Below, in pieces: positions 29,166 to 39,233 of a stretch of 58,910 nucleotides of DNA. Position 1 is the first letter of the stretch, and every line of letters begins with the position of its first letter. Source of the stretch: Mageeibacillus sp. UBA5436 (GTDB lineage: Bacteria > Bacillota > Clostridia > Saccharofermentanales > DTU023). Position numbers and translations under genes: made by a program. The DNA lies in assembly GCA_002427545.1 (NCBI GenBank), contig DIRM01000038.1, positions 1 to 58,910 of the forward strand. Direction: 5' to 3'. Below the pieces are notes generated by a model that ran no database searches, was not told the DNA's origin, and was given only the letters and a program-made list of their open reading frames with translations.

Positions 29166-30237
29166 AATGAGAAAACCAAGAAAAAATAGAAGTGAATATT
29201 CTCAACTTCTCATTCCTATTATTGCTCTTGCTCTAATTGTCATTTTTAATTTGATTAGAGATCCAAGTTTTTTCTCGGTAGAATTAACAAAAAATAATGC
29301 AGGTAATATGGTTCTAGCTGGAAACCTGATCAGTATTTTAAACGGTGCTTCCGAACTTGCGATTTTGGCTATGGGAATGACTTTAGTTACAGCATCCAGT
29401 GGAGGGCAGGATATCAGCGTGGGCGCAATGGCGGCCATCGCTGGTAGTGTGTTTATCCGTGTGCTGCGAGATGGCAATATCACACCTTTAAAAATTCTTT
29501 TAGCGTTTTTGGCCTGTTCTTTAGTGGCTATGTTATTTGGTGCATTTAACGGCATTTTGGTAGCCGTTTTTAATATTCAGCCCATGATTGCGACCTTAAT
29601 TCTATATACAGCTGGTCGTTCCATTGCTTATTGGATTAATGGTGGTGCAACACCTACGATTGCAAGTCCCATTATTACGGCAATCGGAGGTTTTATTCCT
29701 GGAATTCCTATTCCAACGCCAATTTTTATCGTTGTCATTGTGGCTATTATTTTTACATTAATTTTTAAATTTACCAACTTATCCCTCTATACGCAGGCGG
29801 TTGGTATCAATAAAGAAGCAGCTAAATTGAATGGGATTAATGCTACGGGCATGAAACTCTTGTCTTTTATCATACTTGGTTTATGTGTGGCTATTGCTGG
29901 TTGTATCAGTGTTAGCCGATTGGGACTTATCAATCATGAAACCTTATTAATTGGTATTGAGATGGATGCGATTTTGGCCGTTGCTATTGGCGGTAATGCT
30001 TTGTCTGGCGGTAAGTTTAAGATGGTTGGCTCTGTGATTGGTGCCTATGCAATTCAGGCGCTGACAACAACATTATATGCGATGAAGGTTTCTTCTACCT
30101 CCATTAAAGCGTATAAAGCTGTAGTTATAGTCCTTATTGTTGTCATAGGTTCGCCGGTTGTGAAAACCCAGGCTAGCAATTTATGGAAAAAAATAACAGG
30201 CAAAACAAAGAAAAATGCTGTTGTGGGGGGAAATTGA
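29155..30237 (+). CDS. Sugar ABC permease (YtfT-like)
   Basis: GGQDISVGA, IQPMIATL and EMDAILAVAIGG. ATG 29155 after GGAGGAG. Confidence 0.88.
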   Translation: MKNEMRKPRKNRSEYSQLLIPIIALALIVIFNLIRDPSFFSVELTKNNAGNMVLAGNLISILNGASELAILAMGMTLVTASSGGQDISVGAMAAIAGSVFIRVLRDGNITPLKILLAFLACSLVAMLFGAFNGILVAVFNIQPMIATLILYTAGRSIAYWINGGATPTIASPIITAIGGFIPGIPIPTPIFIVVIVAIIFTLIFKFTNLSLYTQAVGINKEAAKLNGINATGMKLLSFIILGLCVAIAGCISVSRLGLINHETLLIGIEMDAILAVAIGGNALSGGKFKMVGSVIGAYAIQALTTTLYAMKVSSTSIKAYKAVVIVLIVVIGSPVVKTQASNLWKKITGKTKKNAVVGGN

Positions 30238-30238
30238 T

Positions 30239-31327
30239 ATGAGTAAAAAAGAAATGACATCAATTAAAACACGCAAAGAACCCATGACGGATTCAAAACT
30301 ATTATTAACGATTACGATTTCAATCTTTGTTGGTATGTATGTTTTGGCTATGTTGATTTGGGGTGGTGGTTTTCTACGTCCTCAGCAACTGTTTGATATG
30401 TTTAATAATAATGCATCCTTATTGCTTATATCTTGTGGTCTGACTATCGTTATGATTACAGGTGGGATAGATATTTCAGTTGGCGGAATAACAGGATTAG
30501 TTGTTATGTCTTGTGTCGTTTTTTTAGATGATCACGGTGGAAATGTCTTTACGGCTTTGTTATTAGCTTTAGGTATTGGTCTTTGTTTTGGCGTGGTTCA
30601 CGGGTATTTAGTTTCATATTTGGATATTCAACCCTTTATCGTGACCTTGGCAGGCATGTTTTTTTCGCAGGGTATGACAACTATTGTTAGTGTCAAACCA
30701 CGCAATGTCCAAAATGAAGGATTTTTGGCTTTGAAGAATGCGCGTATTCAAATTCCTTGGCTTGGCCATACCGCTAAAAATGGGAACCTCATTCCTGCAA
30801 AGATTGAGTACGGGGTCATCATCGCTTTAGTCATGGTTTTGATTATTTTTGCCATGTTAAAATGGTCACGTTTAGGACGTCATTTTTATGCCATCGGTGG
30901 AAATAGCAATAGTGCCTTGATGTTGGGTATTAATGTGAAACGCACTAAATTCCTAGCTTATTTGATTAGCGGATTATTGGCGGGTCTAGGTGGATTTGTC
31001 TTCCTGATGCATACAGGTGCAGGAAACGCAACAAATGCAGCCGGTGCAGAAATGAATGCCATTGCTTCTGCCATTATAGGTGGTACTTTACTTTCTGGAG
31101 GTGTTGGCGGTGTTGTTGGAACATTCTTTGGTGTGTTGACTCTCTCAACCATAAAAGCAATCGTAGTAGCTTCTGGTCTGACCGATCCATGGTGGCAGAG
31201 TATTACGACTGGCGCTATGATTTGTTTCTTCATTTTGTTACAAAGTATTGTATTGTCAAACCGTGGTAAAGAAGGATTCAAATGGGCTGTTCCCAAATGG
31301 CTTTCGGGCAAAAAATCGGATGCTTAA
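30239..31327 (+). CDS. Sugar ABC permease (YjfF-like)
   Basis: GGIDISVG, IQPFIVTLAGMF and EMNAIASAIIGGTLLSGG. Confidence 0.88.
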   Translation: MSKKEMTSIKTRKEPMTDSKLLLTITISIFVGMYVLAMLIWGGGFLRPQQLFDMFNNNASLLLISCGLTIVMITGGIDISVGGITGLVVMSCVVFLDDHGGNVFTALLLALGIGLCFGVVHGYLVSYLDIQPFIVTLAGMFFSQGMTTIVSVKPRNVQNEGFLALKNARIQIPWLGHTAKNGNLIPAKIEYGVIIALVMVLIIFAMLKWSRLGRHFYAIGGNSNSALMLGINVKRTKFLAYLISGLLAGLGGFVFLMHTGAGNATNAAGAEMNAIASAIIGGTLLSGGVGGVVGTFFGVLTLSTIKAIVVASGLTDPWWQSITTGAMICFFILLQSIVLSNRGKEGFKWAVPKWLSGKKSDA

Positions 31328-31354
31328 TACAATTTAAAATATCAATTAGATTTG

Positions 31355-31398
31355 AAGCCGTTCCCAATTTGACAATCGTCAAAAGGAACGGCTTTTTT
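31355..31398 (+). terminator. Intrinsic terminator of the sugar ABC operon
   Basis: AAGCCGTTCC..TTTGAC-AATC-GTCAAA-AGGAACGGCTTTTTT. Confidence 0.8.
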
Positions 31399-31547
31399 CT
31401 GGTTTTGATTGAAAAACTGGAAAAGATTAAAGTATGATTGAATTGTTACAATAAATGTAAAAGACTAAAGTATAATTTAATTAATAAATAAAAATAGAAA
31501 AGATTAAAGGTAGATTTAAAGAAAAGAAGTAATCAAAGAGGTTTTAT

Positions 31548-31949
31548 ATGACAGAACAATTACCACATCATCATCATGAATATACTGAAAAATTAATAGA
31601 AGCTATGCCGCCAGAAACAAAATTTATTGACGCAGCAAATTTATTTAAACAATTAGCTGATGGTACAAGATTAAGGATCCTTTGGTTTCTATGCCATACA
31701 GAAGAATGTGGTATTAATATCGCTTCAGCCGTAGATAAAAGTCAGGCAGTTGTTTCTCATCATTTAAGAACCTTAAATGATAATAATTTGATTACAAGCC
31801 GACGTGATGGCAAAGAAATTTATTATAAATTGGCTGACACGGAATTGGCAGAATTAATTCATCATATTATAGAAACTTATTTTTCAGAGATTTGTCCAAT
31901 AAAAGAATTAAATATTCCTCAAAATAATAAAACAGATCAGGAAAAATAA
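31548..31949 (+). CDS. ArsR/SmtB-family metalloregulator
   Basis: LFKQLADGTRLRIL, SQAVVSHHLRTL and RRDGKEIYY; N-terminal His4. Confidence 0.9.
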   Translation: MTEQLPHHHHEYTEKLIEAMPPETKFIDAANLFKQLADGTRLRILWFLCHTEECGINIASAVDKSQAVVSHHLRTLNDNNLITSRRDGKEIYYKLADTELAELIHHIIETYFSEICPIKELNIPQNNKTDQEK

Positions 31950-31983
31950 ATTACTGATACAGATCATTTATGTGAATAAAAAA

Positions 31984-33894
31984 CTATTTCTTCTCGACTA
32001 ATAAGGCTCGTAAAGCATTAAATACAGCAATAATTGTCACACCAACATCACCAAAAACAGCAAGCCAGAGATTCGCAAAACCAAAAGTTGCCAAAATTAA
32101 AATAATAGTTTTTATGGATAAGGCAATTATTAAATTCTGTTTGGCAATACCGAGAGTTTTGCGCCCGACTTTAATAGCATCAACAATACGTTCGAGCTGA
32201 TCTTGCATAATAACAATATCTGCAGCTTCAACTGCAGCAGCAGAACCAAGACCACCCATAGCAATACCGACGTCAGCTAAAGCTAAAACAGGTGCGTCAT
32301 TGATGCCATCACCAACATAAGCGACTAACCCTTTTTTATTAGCATGGATAATTCTTTGCAATTGTTCCACTTTGTCTTGTGGTAATAATTCCGCATAATA
32401 ATCATCAATACTGACAGATTCAGCAATTTTTTTAGCTACAGGTTGACGATCTCCAGTCAACATGATTGTTTGAATAATACCAATTTTCTTTAAATCTTGA
32501 ATAGTTTTTTTCGTGTTTTCCTTCAATAAATCATCAATACAAATATATCCAATAAATTTATCCTCTTTAGCAAAATAAACAACACTGCCAATTTCTTCTA
32601 CAATAGGTAAATCTATTTTATTTTCAGACATTAATTTTTTATTACCCGCTAAAATTTTCTGCCCTTGATAGTTCACTTCAATCCCTTGACCACTAATTTC
32701 TATAGGATTTCCTATTGATTCAGGCTTAATCTTTTCTGGATAGGCAGCGATAATACTTTTGGCAATAGGATGATTGGAATAGTATTCGGCATGAGCGGCA
32801 ATTTGCAATAATTCTTCTTTGGACATGCCATTAGCAACAATATTAGTAACCTGAAAATTACCATAAGTTAAGGTTCCTGTTTTATCAAAAACGATGGTAT
32901 TAACTTTAGCTAAATATTCTAAATAATTGCTACCTTTAACCAAGACGCCTACTTTTGAAGCGGCTCCTATTCCGCCAAAAAAGGTGAGTGGAATAGAAAC
33001 AACTAATGCGCATGGACAAGATACAACTAAAAATATTAAAGAACGCTCTAACCAAGCGGCAAAATTTTGCTGGAAAAATAAAACTGGGATTAATGTTAAA
33101 GCTATGGCTGCAAAGAAAACGATTGGTGTGTAATATCTGGCAAAAGTGGTTGCAAAAACCTCAGCATTGGCTTTTTGATCAGTTGCGTTTTCCACTAATT
33201 CTAATATATTAGCAACCACAGAATCATCATATTCTTTTTTGACTTGAATAATAATTTTGGCAGATAAATTGATGCTGCCACTAAAAACTTCTTCGCCTTT
33301 TTCAATATCGACAGGTAAAGACTCTCCTGTTAAAGCAGAAGTGTCAAGTGATGAACTGCCTTCAATCACGATACCATCTAAAGGGATACGCTCGCCAGGT
33401 AGAACAATAATTTGATCGTCGATGGAGACTTCATAAGGATCAACTTGTTGCATTTCTCCGTCTTGCATAATATTGGCATATTCTGGAGCAATATCCATTA
33501 AATCAGCAATAGATTTACGCGATTTATTTACAGCTGCTCTTTGTAAAAATTCACCAATTTGATAAAAGAGCATAACAGCTATGCCTTCACTATATTCACC
33601 GATTAAAAAAGCTCCAATCGTGGCAATTGACATCAAAAAGTTTTCATCAAAAATAGTACCATGAGAAATATTTCGAATGGCTGTCCAAATGATATCGTAC
33701 CCAATATATAAATAAAGTAAAAAGGTTGTGATTAATAGCCAGAGATTATCAGTTTGATAATTGAATATAGTCATATTCTGATTTGTATCAACTTGCAGAA
33801 CTTTAATCAGGATAAAAAGCATTATAGATAAAATAAAAGTTAAGATAATACGCTGAATTAAAGGTTTTTCTTTTTTAGAAATAAGAATGTCCAT
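31984..33894 (-). CDS. cadA: Heavy-metal (Zn/Cd/Pb) P1B-2 ATPase
   Basis: DENFLM, LTGES, SCPCAL, DKTGT, HP, GDGINDAP and TM8 DVG. No N-terminal HMA domain. Confidence 0.9.
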   Translation of the reverse strand: MDILISKKEKPLIQRIILTFILSIMLFILIKVLQVDTNQNMTIFNYQTDNLWLLITTFLLYLYIGYDIIWTAIRNISHGTIFDENFLMSIATIGAFLIGEYSEGIAVMLFYQIGEFLQRAAVNKSRKSIADLMDIAPEYANIMQDGEMQQVDPYEVSIDDQIIVLPGERIPLDGIVIEGSSSLDTSALTGESLPVDIEKGEEVFSGSINLSAKIIIQVKKEYDDSVVANILELVENATDQKANAEVFATTFARYYTPIVFFAAIALTLIPVLFFQQNFAAWLERSLIFLVVSCPCALVVSIPLTFFGGIGAASKVGVLVKGSNYLEYLAKVNTIVFDKTGTLTYGNFQVTNIVANGMSKEELLQIAAHAEYYSNHPIAKSIIAAYPEKIKPESIGNPIEISGQGIEVNYQGQKILAGNKKLMSENKIDLPIVEEIGSVVYFAKEDKFIGYICIDDLLKENTKKTIQDLKKIGIIQTIMLTGDRQPVAKKIAESVSIDDYYAELLPQDKVEQLQRIIHANKKGLVAYVGDGINDAPVLALADVGIAMGGLGSAAAVEAADIVIMQDQLERIVDAIKVGRKTLGIAKQNLIIALSIKTIILILATFGFANLWLAVFGDVGVTIIAVFNALRALLVEKK

Positions 33895-33999
33895 TTATGA
33901 CTCCTAGTTCCATTTTTGAAGGCATGCTTGATGAATTTAATCTTCTAATATTAATAGATCATTTAATAGCCTTAACAATATGATGAAATATGATGAAAA

Positions 34000-34218
34000 T
34001 TATTTTTTGATAATTAGGTCTGGTTCATATTTATTTGCGATTTTTTGTGATTCATCTAAAACTTCTGTAAATTTTTCATCTTCAGCATCTAAAATTAATT
34101 TAGAGGTCATATAGTTAATTCTGGCAGAATTAACGCCTGAAAGATTAGAAATATCTTTTTCCATTTTTGCAGCACAATTAGCGCATCCTAAATTCTCTAA
34201 TTTATAAGCTCTTTTCAT
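34000..34218 (-). CDS. Stand-alone heavy-metal-associated (HMA) domain protein
   Basis: 72 aa with LGCANCAAKME; RBS AGGAGG. Confidence 0.88.
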   Translation of the reverse strand: MKRAYKLENLGCANCAAKMEKDISNLSGVNSARINYMTSKLILDAEDEKFTEVLDESQKIANKYEPDLIIKK

Positions 34219-34277
34219 AATTAATTCCTCCTGTAAAATTTAATTATATTGAGTAAATTTAAAATATTTTTTCAATC

Positions 34278-34305
34278 AAACGTTCAAATGACCGTTTGAA
34301 TGTTT
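34278..34305 (-). promoter_or_regulatory. SmtB/CadC-type operator upstream of the HMA-cadA genes
   Basis: AAACGTTCAAATG-AC-CGTTTGAATGTTT is a 13-2-13 imperfect palindrome with a TCAAA-N6-TTTGA core. Confidence 0.7.
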
Positions 34306-34463
34306 CTAGTATAGAACAATTTTCTAAAAAAGCAAATAGATATATCAATATAAATTTACATTTATAGTAAAAGACAAAATAATTTGATAAAAATTCAAAA
34401 TATTTTCAAATTCTTTTGTGATAATATAGTTTGTACGTCGAAAATCATTTTTCTAGCAATTTA

Positions 34464-34492
34464 TTGCAGAAAACTGTGTGATATGGTACCCT
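34464..34492 (+). promoter_or_regulatory. Possible sigma-A promoter for tig
   Basis: TTGCAG-17 nt-TACCCT, with TG at the extended -10 position. Confidence 0.35.
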
Positions 34493-34600
34493 CATTAATC
34501 GGGAATAGTCAAAGAAAGACAAAAAGTCTAAAATACAAAAGTCTAAAATAAGAATAAAAATAATGAACATATAAAGAGTTCAGCTGGCAGGAGGAAATAT

Positions 34601-36010
34601 ATGGCAGCACAATTGGAACAATTAGAGAACAGCATGGTTAAAATAACTGTGGATGTTGAAAAAGAAGATTTTCAAGATGCATTACAGAAAGCTTTTAATA
34701 AGGAAAAGAATCGTTTTAGCATTCCTGGCTTCCGTAAAGGCAAAGCACCAATGAAAATAGTTACCAATTATTATGGTGAAGCTGTTCTTTATGATGATGC
34801 AATTGATTTTGCAGCACAACCAGCTTATGAAAAAGCACTTGATGAATTAACAATAGAACCATATTCACAACCAAGTTTTGAAATATTAGAAATCGGTTCT
34901 GATAAAGGGATGAGCTTTGCTTGTACTTTTGCTGTTAAGCCTGAAGTTAAATTAGGTGATTATAAAGGTGTAACCGCTTATCGCCCAGATGATTCTGTTA
35001 GTGATGAAGATGTTGATAAAGAAATTGAACGTGCGAGAGAACAAGTATCTCGTTTAGTACCAATTGAAGATCGCCCTGTTCAAGAGAATGATACCGTAAC
35101 GATTGATTATTCAGGATCTAAAGATGGCGTTCCATTTGAAGGTGGTTCAGCTGAAAATTATGATTTGATTATTGGTAGCAATACTTTTATTCCAGGTTTT
35201 GAAGAAAAATTGATCGGTCATAATATGGGAGAAGAATTTGATATAGATTTAACTTTCCCAGAAGATTATCATGCAGCAGACTTAGCTGGACAAGATGTTG
35301 TTTTCCATGTCAAAATCCATGAAATCAAATTCCGTGAGATTCCAGAATTAAATGATGATTTTGTAAAAGATGTCAGTGAAGAAGATGACACCGTTGAACA
35401 ATACAAAGAAAGCACTAGAAAAAGATTATCTGAAGAAAAAGCAAAATATGCTGATGAAGATATGATGAATAATGCGATTAAAGTAGCAGTTGAGAATGCT
35501 GAAATTGACTTGCCACATGTTGTCATCCATGAAGAAATGGAAAGAATGTACAATGATCAAGCCCGTCAAATGCAATCACAAGGGTTTAGTATGGATCAAT
35601 ATATGCAAATGCTCGGTTTAGAAAAACAAACTTTAATGGCACAATTGCATGTACCTGCTGAAGAAAAATTGAAAACAGAACTCGTTTTAGACGCTATTGT
35701 TGAGAGCGAAAATATTGAAGTCACAGAAGAAGATCGTGATGAACAAATTCAAAAATATGCGGATATGTATCAAATGGCGTTTGAAGATTTAAAGAAAACA
35801 TTCTCTGGTGAGGGTGCACTTGAAATGTTAAATTCAGATTTGACTAGACAAAAAGCAATGGATTTAATCAAAGAAAATGCCATTCCTACTGATGTTAAAC
35901 CTGAAATAGAAACACATGATCATGATCATGATGAACATGTAGAGGAAAATGAGGCTAATCCAGAACAAGCTGATGAAACAGCAGATAATGGCGAGACAGC
36001 CACAGAATAA
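34601..36010 (+). CDS. tig: Trigger factor
   Basis: IPGFRKGKAP ribosome-binding motif and FKBP domain (FIPGFEE, FPEDYHA). Confidence 0.96.
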   Translation: MAAQLEQLENSMVKITVDVEKEDFQDALQKAFNKEKNRFSIPGFRKGKAPMKIVTNYYGEAVLYDDAIDFAAQPAYEKALDELTIEPYSQPSFEILEIGSDKGMSFACTFAVKPEVKLGDYKGVTAYRPDDSVSDEDVDKEIERAREQVSRLVPIEDRPVQENDTVTIDYSGSKDGVPFEGGSAENYDLIIGSNTFIPGFEEKLIGHNMGEEFDIDLTFPEDYHAADLAGQDVVFHVKIHEIKFREIPELNDDFVKDVSEEDDTVEQYKESTRKRLSEEKAKYADEDMMNNAIKVAVENAEIDLPHVVIHEEMERMYNDQARQMQSQGFSMDQYMQMLGLEKQTLMAQLHVPAEEKLKTELVLDAIVESENIEVTEEDRDEQIQKYADMYQMAFEDLKKTFSGEGALEMLNSDLTRQKAMDLIKENAIPTDVKPEIETHDHDHDEHVEENEANPEQADETADNGETATE

Positions 36011-36124
36011 ATAGATAAAGAATAATTAACTAAGCATAAATATGCACAGTTATTATCTTATAAATTGAGAAGAGACAATTGAAGAGGTTTCCAAATAGTA
36101 GAATAAGAAGGAAGGAAACAAAAA

Positions 36125-36715
36125 ATGCAAAATAATTTAGTTCCAATGGTAATTGAACAAACCAATCGTGGTGAGAGATCATATGATATTTTTTCGAGAT
36201 TATTAAAAGAAAGAATTATTATTTTGAGCAATCAAGTTGATCAAGCGACAGCCAGTTTAATCATGGCACAATTGTTATTCTTAGAAGCAGAAGATCCAAG
36301 CAAGGACATTCAATTCTATATTAATAGTCCAGGCGGTGAAGTTTCTTCTGGTTTAATGATTTATGATACCATTCAATATATTAAATCGGACGTACAGACC
36401 ATATGTATGGGCATGGCCGCTAGCATGGGTGCTGTTTTACTAGCAGCTGGTACAAAAGGTAAACGATTCATTTTACCAAATGCAGAAGTCATGATTCATC
36501 AGCCATCAGGCGGAGCTCAAGGACAAGCTTCAGATATTAATATTACAGCTAATCATATTATCAAAATGCGTGCTAGATTAAATCAAATCTTATCTGAAAG
36601 AACAGGTCAACCGTTGGATGTTATTGAAACAGATACAGATCGTGATAGATGGCTTGATGCAGAACAAGCTATCGAATATGGAATTGTTGATAAAATTATG
36701 GAAAAAAGAGGCTAA
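36125..36715 (+). CDS. clpP: ATP-dependent Clp protease proteolytic subunit
   Basis: [23 protein letters not shown] and MIHQP. Confidence 0.97.
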   Translation: MQNNLVPMVIEQTNRGERSYDIFSRLLKERIIILSNQVDQATASLIMAQLLFLEAEDPSKDIQFYINSPGGEVSSGLMIYDTIQYIKSDVQTICMGMAASMGAVLLAAGTKGKRFILPNAEVMIHQPSGGAQGQASDINITANHIIKMRARLNQILSERTGQPLDVIETDTDRDRWLDAEQAIEYGIVDKIMEKRG

Positions 36716-36720
36716 TCAAT

Positions 36721-38016
36721 ATGTCCAAACAGGATGAAAAATTTAACAACTTCAATGATGGCATGACTATGCCACCTCTGAGATGTTCATTTTGTGGGAA
36801 AGATGAAACTGAGGTAGATAGATTAATCGCTGGTCCAGGTGTATTCATATGTAATGAATGTGTCAGTCTTTGCGATGAAATTCTTTCGGAAGAAGTTTTT
36901 TCTGAAGAAAAAGATGATATTGAACAAGAAGAAATAGAATTATTAAGTCCTGTAGAAATCAAAGCAGAGCTGGACAAATATGTCATAGGTCAAGATTTGG
37001 CTAAAAAAACATTGGCGGTTTCCGTTTATAATCATTACAAAAGAGTTTTTAATCCAATAGAAACAGACATTAATGATGATGTTGAGATATCTAAGAGTAA
37101 TATTTTAATGCTTGGACCAACTGGTAGCGGAAAAACTTTATTAGCACAAACTTTGGCTAAAATCTTGAATGTACCGTTTGCCATCACTGATGCTACTGCT
37201 TTAACAGAAGCAGGCTATGTAGGCGAAGACGTCGAAAATATTCTTTTGCGCTTGATTCAAAATGCTGATTATGATATTGAACGAGCAGAAAAAGGCATCA
37301 TTTATATTGATGAGATTGATAAAATCACAAGGCGTTCAGATAATCCTTCAATTACCAGAGATGTCAGTGGCGAAGGTGTTCAACAGTCCTTGCTTAAAAT
37401 ATTAGAAAGTACTGTTGCTAATGTTCCTCCACAAGGTGGAAGAAAACATCCACATCAGGATTTTATACAAATTGATACCACTAATATCTTATTTATTTTA
37501 GGTGGTGCTTTTGATGGCTTAACCAAAACCATCTTGCATCGTATTAATCAAAAGTCAATAGGTTTTGGCGCCAATATAGAAGGTTACGAAGCTAAAGAAA
37601 TCGGTGAAATTCTTTCGCATGTTTTACCTGAAGATTTATTAAAATTTGGCTTGATCCCAGAGTTTGTTGGCCGAGTTCCTGTTATTGTTACTTTAGAGGG
37701 TCTCGATGCTGATGCTTTAGTGAAAATTTTAAAAGAACCTAAAAATGCTTTGCTTAAGCAATACGAAAAACTCTTATATTATGATGATGCAGAATTGACA
37801 TTTACAGATGATGCTATTAAAGCTATTGCAGAAAAAGCATTATCATTAAAAACAGGCGCCAGAGGCTTGCGTGCCGTCTTGGAAAAAATGATGCTAGATA
37901 TCATGTATGAAGTCCCTTCTAAGGGTAATATCAAAGAAGTTATTATCAATGCAGATACCGTCTTGAAAGACGAAAAGCCTGAATATGTTTATTTTGCAGA
38001 AGAACCTTCTGCTTAA
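36721..38016 (+). CDS. clpX: ATP-dependent Clp protease ATP-binding subunit
   Basis: CSFC...CNEC zinc finger, [18 protein letters not shown] and the IGF loop. Confidence 0.97.
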   Translation: MSKQDEKFNNFNDGMTMPPLRCSFCGKDETEVDRLIAGPGVFICNECVSLCDEILSEEVFSEEKDDIEQEEIELLSPVEIKAELDKYVIGQDLAKKTLAVSVYNHYKRVFNPIETDINDDVEISKSNILMLGPTGSGKTLLAQTLAKILNVPFAITDATALTEAGYVGEDVENILLRLIQNADYDIERAEKGIIYIDEIDKITRRSDNPSITRDVSGEGVQQSLLKILESTVANVPPQGGRKHPHQDFIQIDTTNILFILGGAFDGLTKTILHRINQKSIGFGANIEGYEAKEIGEILSHVLPEDLLKFGLIPEFVGRVPVIVTLEGLDADALVKILKEPKNALLKQYEKLLYYDDAELTFTDDAIKAIAEKALSLKTGARGLRAVLEKMMLDIMYEVPSKGNIKEVIINADTVLKDEKPEYVYFAEEPSA

Positions 38017-38039
38017 GATTATTAAATTAGATTAAACAA

Positions 38040-38078
38040 TAAACTACTATTTGAGTTTTGACTTGAATAGTAGTTTTT
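38040..38078 (+). terminator. Terminator after clpX
   Basis: AAACTACTATTTGAG..CTTGAATAGTAGTTTTT. Confidence 0.7.
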
Positions 38079-38168
38079 ATTTTCTCAAAAGTTCCTAATA
38101 TTCTGAAAAAAATATAAAAAGATTTTCTTTTTTCTTTTATATGATTATAAGAAAAAAAGGAGCTCCAT

Positions 38169-39086
38169 ATGAAATTTTTAGAATATGAAGTTTATGCCTT
38201 AAGTCCATTAGGTCGTGACTCATTTCAAGGCTATTTAAGAAATGATGGTCGCAAAATTATTATAAAAAAACAAGCCGATTTTACGGATATTAAAGTAATC
38301 GAACAATTAACCTATATAGAAATGCAAGGCATTCCTCACGTCCTGGGAATAACTCATTATCAAGAAGAAGAATGGTTGATTTTCACATGGCTTGAAGGCA
38401 AAGCCTTAAATACTCAAAAACGAACACCAGAAAATATTATTCAAATTATTGAAAAAGTCCTAACCCTTATAAATAAATTATTTTTCTTAACAGACTATCA
38501 TTGGTTTTTTCTTGATTTGAAAATGCAACATATTTTAATAGATGAAAACGAGAATATTTTACTTATTGATTTTGAACATGTTTATTTATCAAAAAAAACA
38601 AGTGTGAAATGGCAAAATATACCTTCTATAGGCTTAAACACAGCGTATTGTTCTCCTGAAATTCGAGAAAATGAATTAAGTGCCAAGCATCATGAATACG
38701 CATTAGCACTTATAGCCCTTAACATAGTCCAAGAACAAAATACACAAGCTTTGAACAAGCATAAATTGCATAAAGCACTTAAACAATTTCCAGTTGATTG
38801 GCAAATAAAACTAAAAAATGCTTTAGATGGAAAAGGTTTAGTCAAGCGACTAGAAAATGTAGATATTGATACCAAAAAAGATTTAGATCATGATGTATCT
38901 TTTAAAGAAAAAGAAATAAAGGTTAGTAAAGGGCAAGAACTCTTTGAAGATAAGGATAATATTAAAAGCAAAGATAAACTAGCTAAGACAGAACCTTTTT
39001 TATTCCAACATAAAATTTATTTGGATAATGAAAAAATATTAAATGTACAAATTGATCTCACCATAGAATCGATAGTCCATGATTGA
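38169..39086 (+). CDS. Degenerate Hanks-type Ser/Thr protein kinase-like protein
   Basis: IIIKK, GIPHV, WLEG, FLDLKMQHILI, LIDFE and AYCSPE align with kinase subdomains II-VIII. RBS AAGGAG. Confidence 0.65.
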   Translation: MKFLEYEVYALSPLGRDSFQGYLRNDGRKIIIKKQADFTDIKVIEQLTYIEMQGIPHVLGITHYQEEEWLIFTWLEGKALNTQKRTPENIIQIIEKVLTLINKLFFLTDYHWFFLDLKMQHILIDENENILLIDFEHVYLSKKTSVKWQNIPSIGLNTAYCSPEIRENELSAKHHEYALALIALNIVQEQNTQALNKHKLHKALKQFPVDWQIKLKNALDGKGLVKRLENVDIDTKKDLDHDVSFKEKEIKVSKGQELFEDKDNIKSKDKLAKTEPFLFQHKIYLDNEKILNVQIDLTIESIVHD

Positions 39087-39233
39087 AACAAAGAAATTGA
39101 ATCATATTTTGAGAATATTTCTTATAATCAAAAATTCATCTATGATATAATGTAAAATTGAAATTAAAGTAAAATTTAGTAATAATATAAATATTTAAGA
39201 ATAATAACAATGGCAAATCTTTGGGGGTTAACA

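Noticed and set aside
27559-31311. Many antisense ORFs of 68-136 aa over the sugar ABC operon
   Set aside because: They overlap well-supported genes, several read as antisense mirrors of those genes, and none has motifs.
32927-33212. Short + strand ORFs inside cadA
   Set aside because: Antisense to a conserved ATPase, with no motifs.
26024-34600. tRNA-anchored integrative element
   Set aside because: I saw no integrase, transposase or duplicated tRNA 3' end. Kept only as a possible old islet.
38097-38111. CodY-like box AATATTCTGAAAAAA (similar one at 34318-34332)
   Set aside because: Three mismatches to an AT-rich consensus is expected by chance in this composition.
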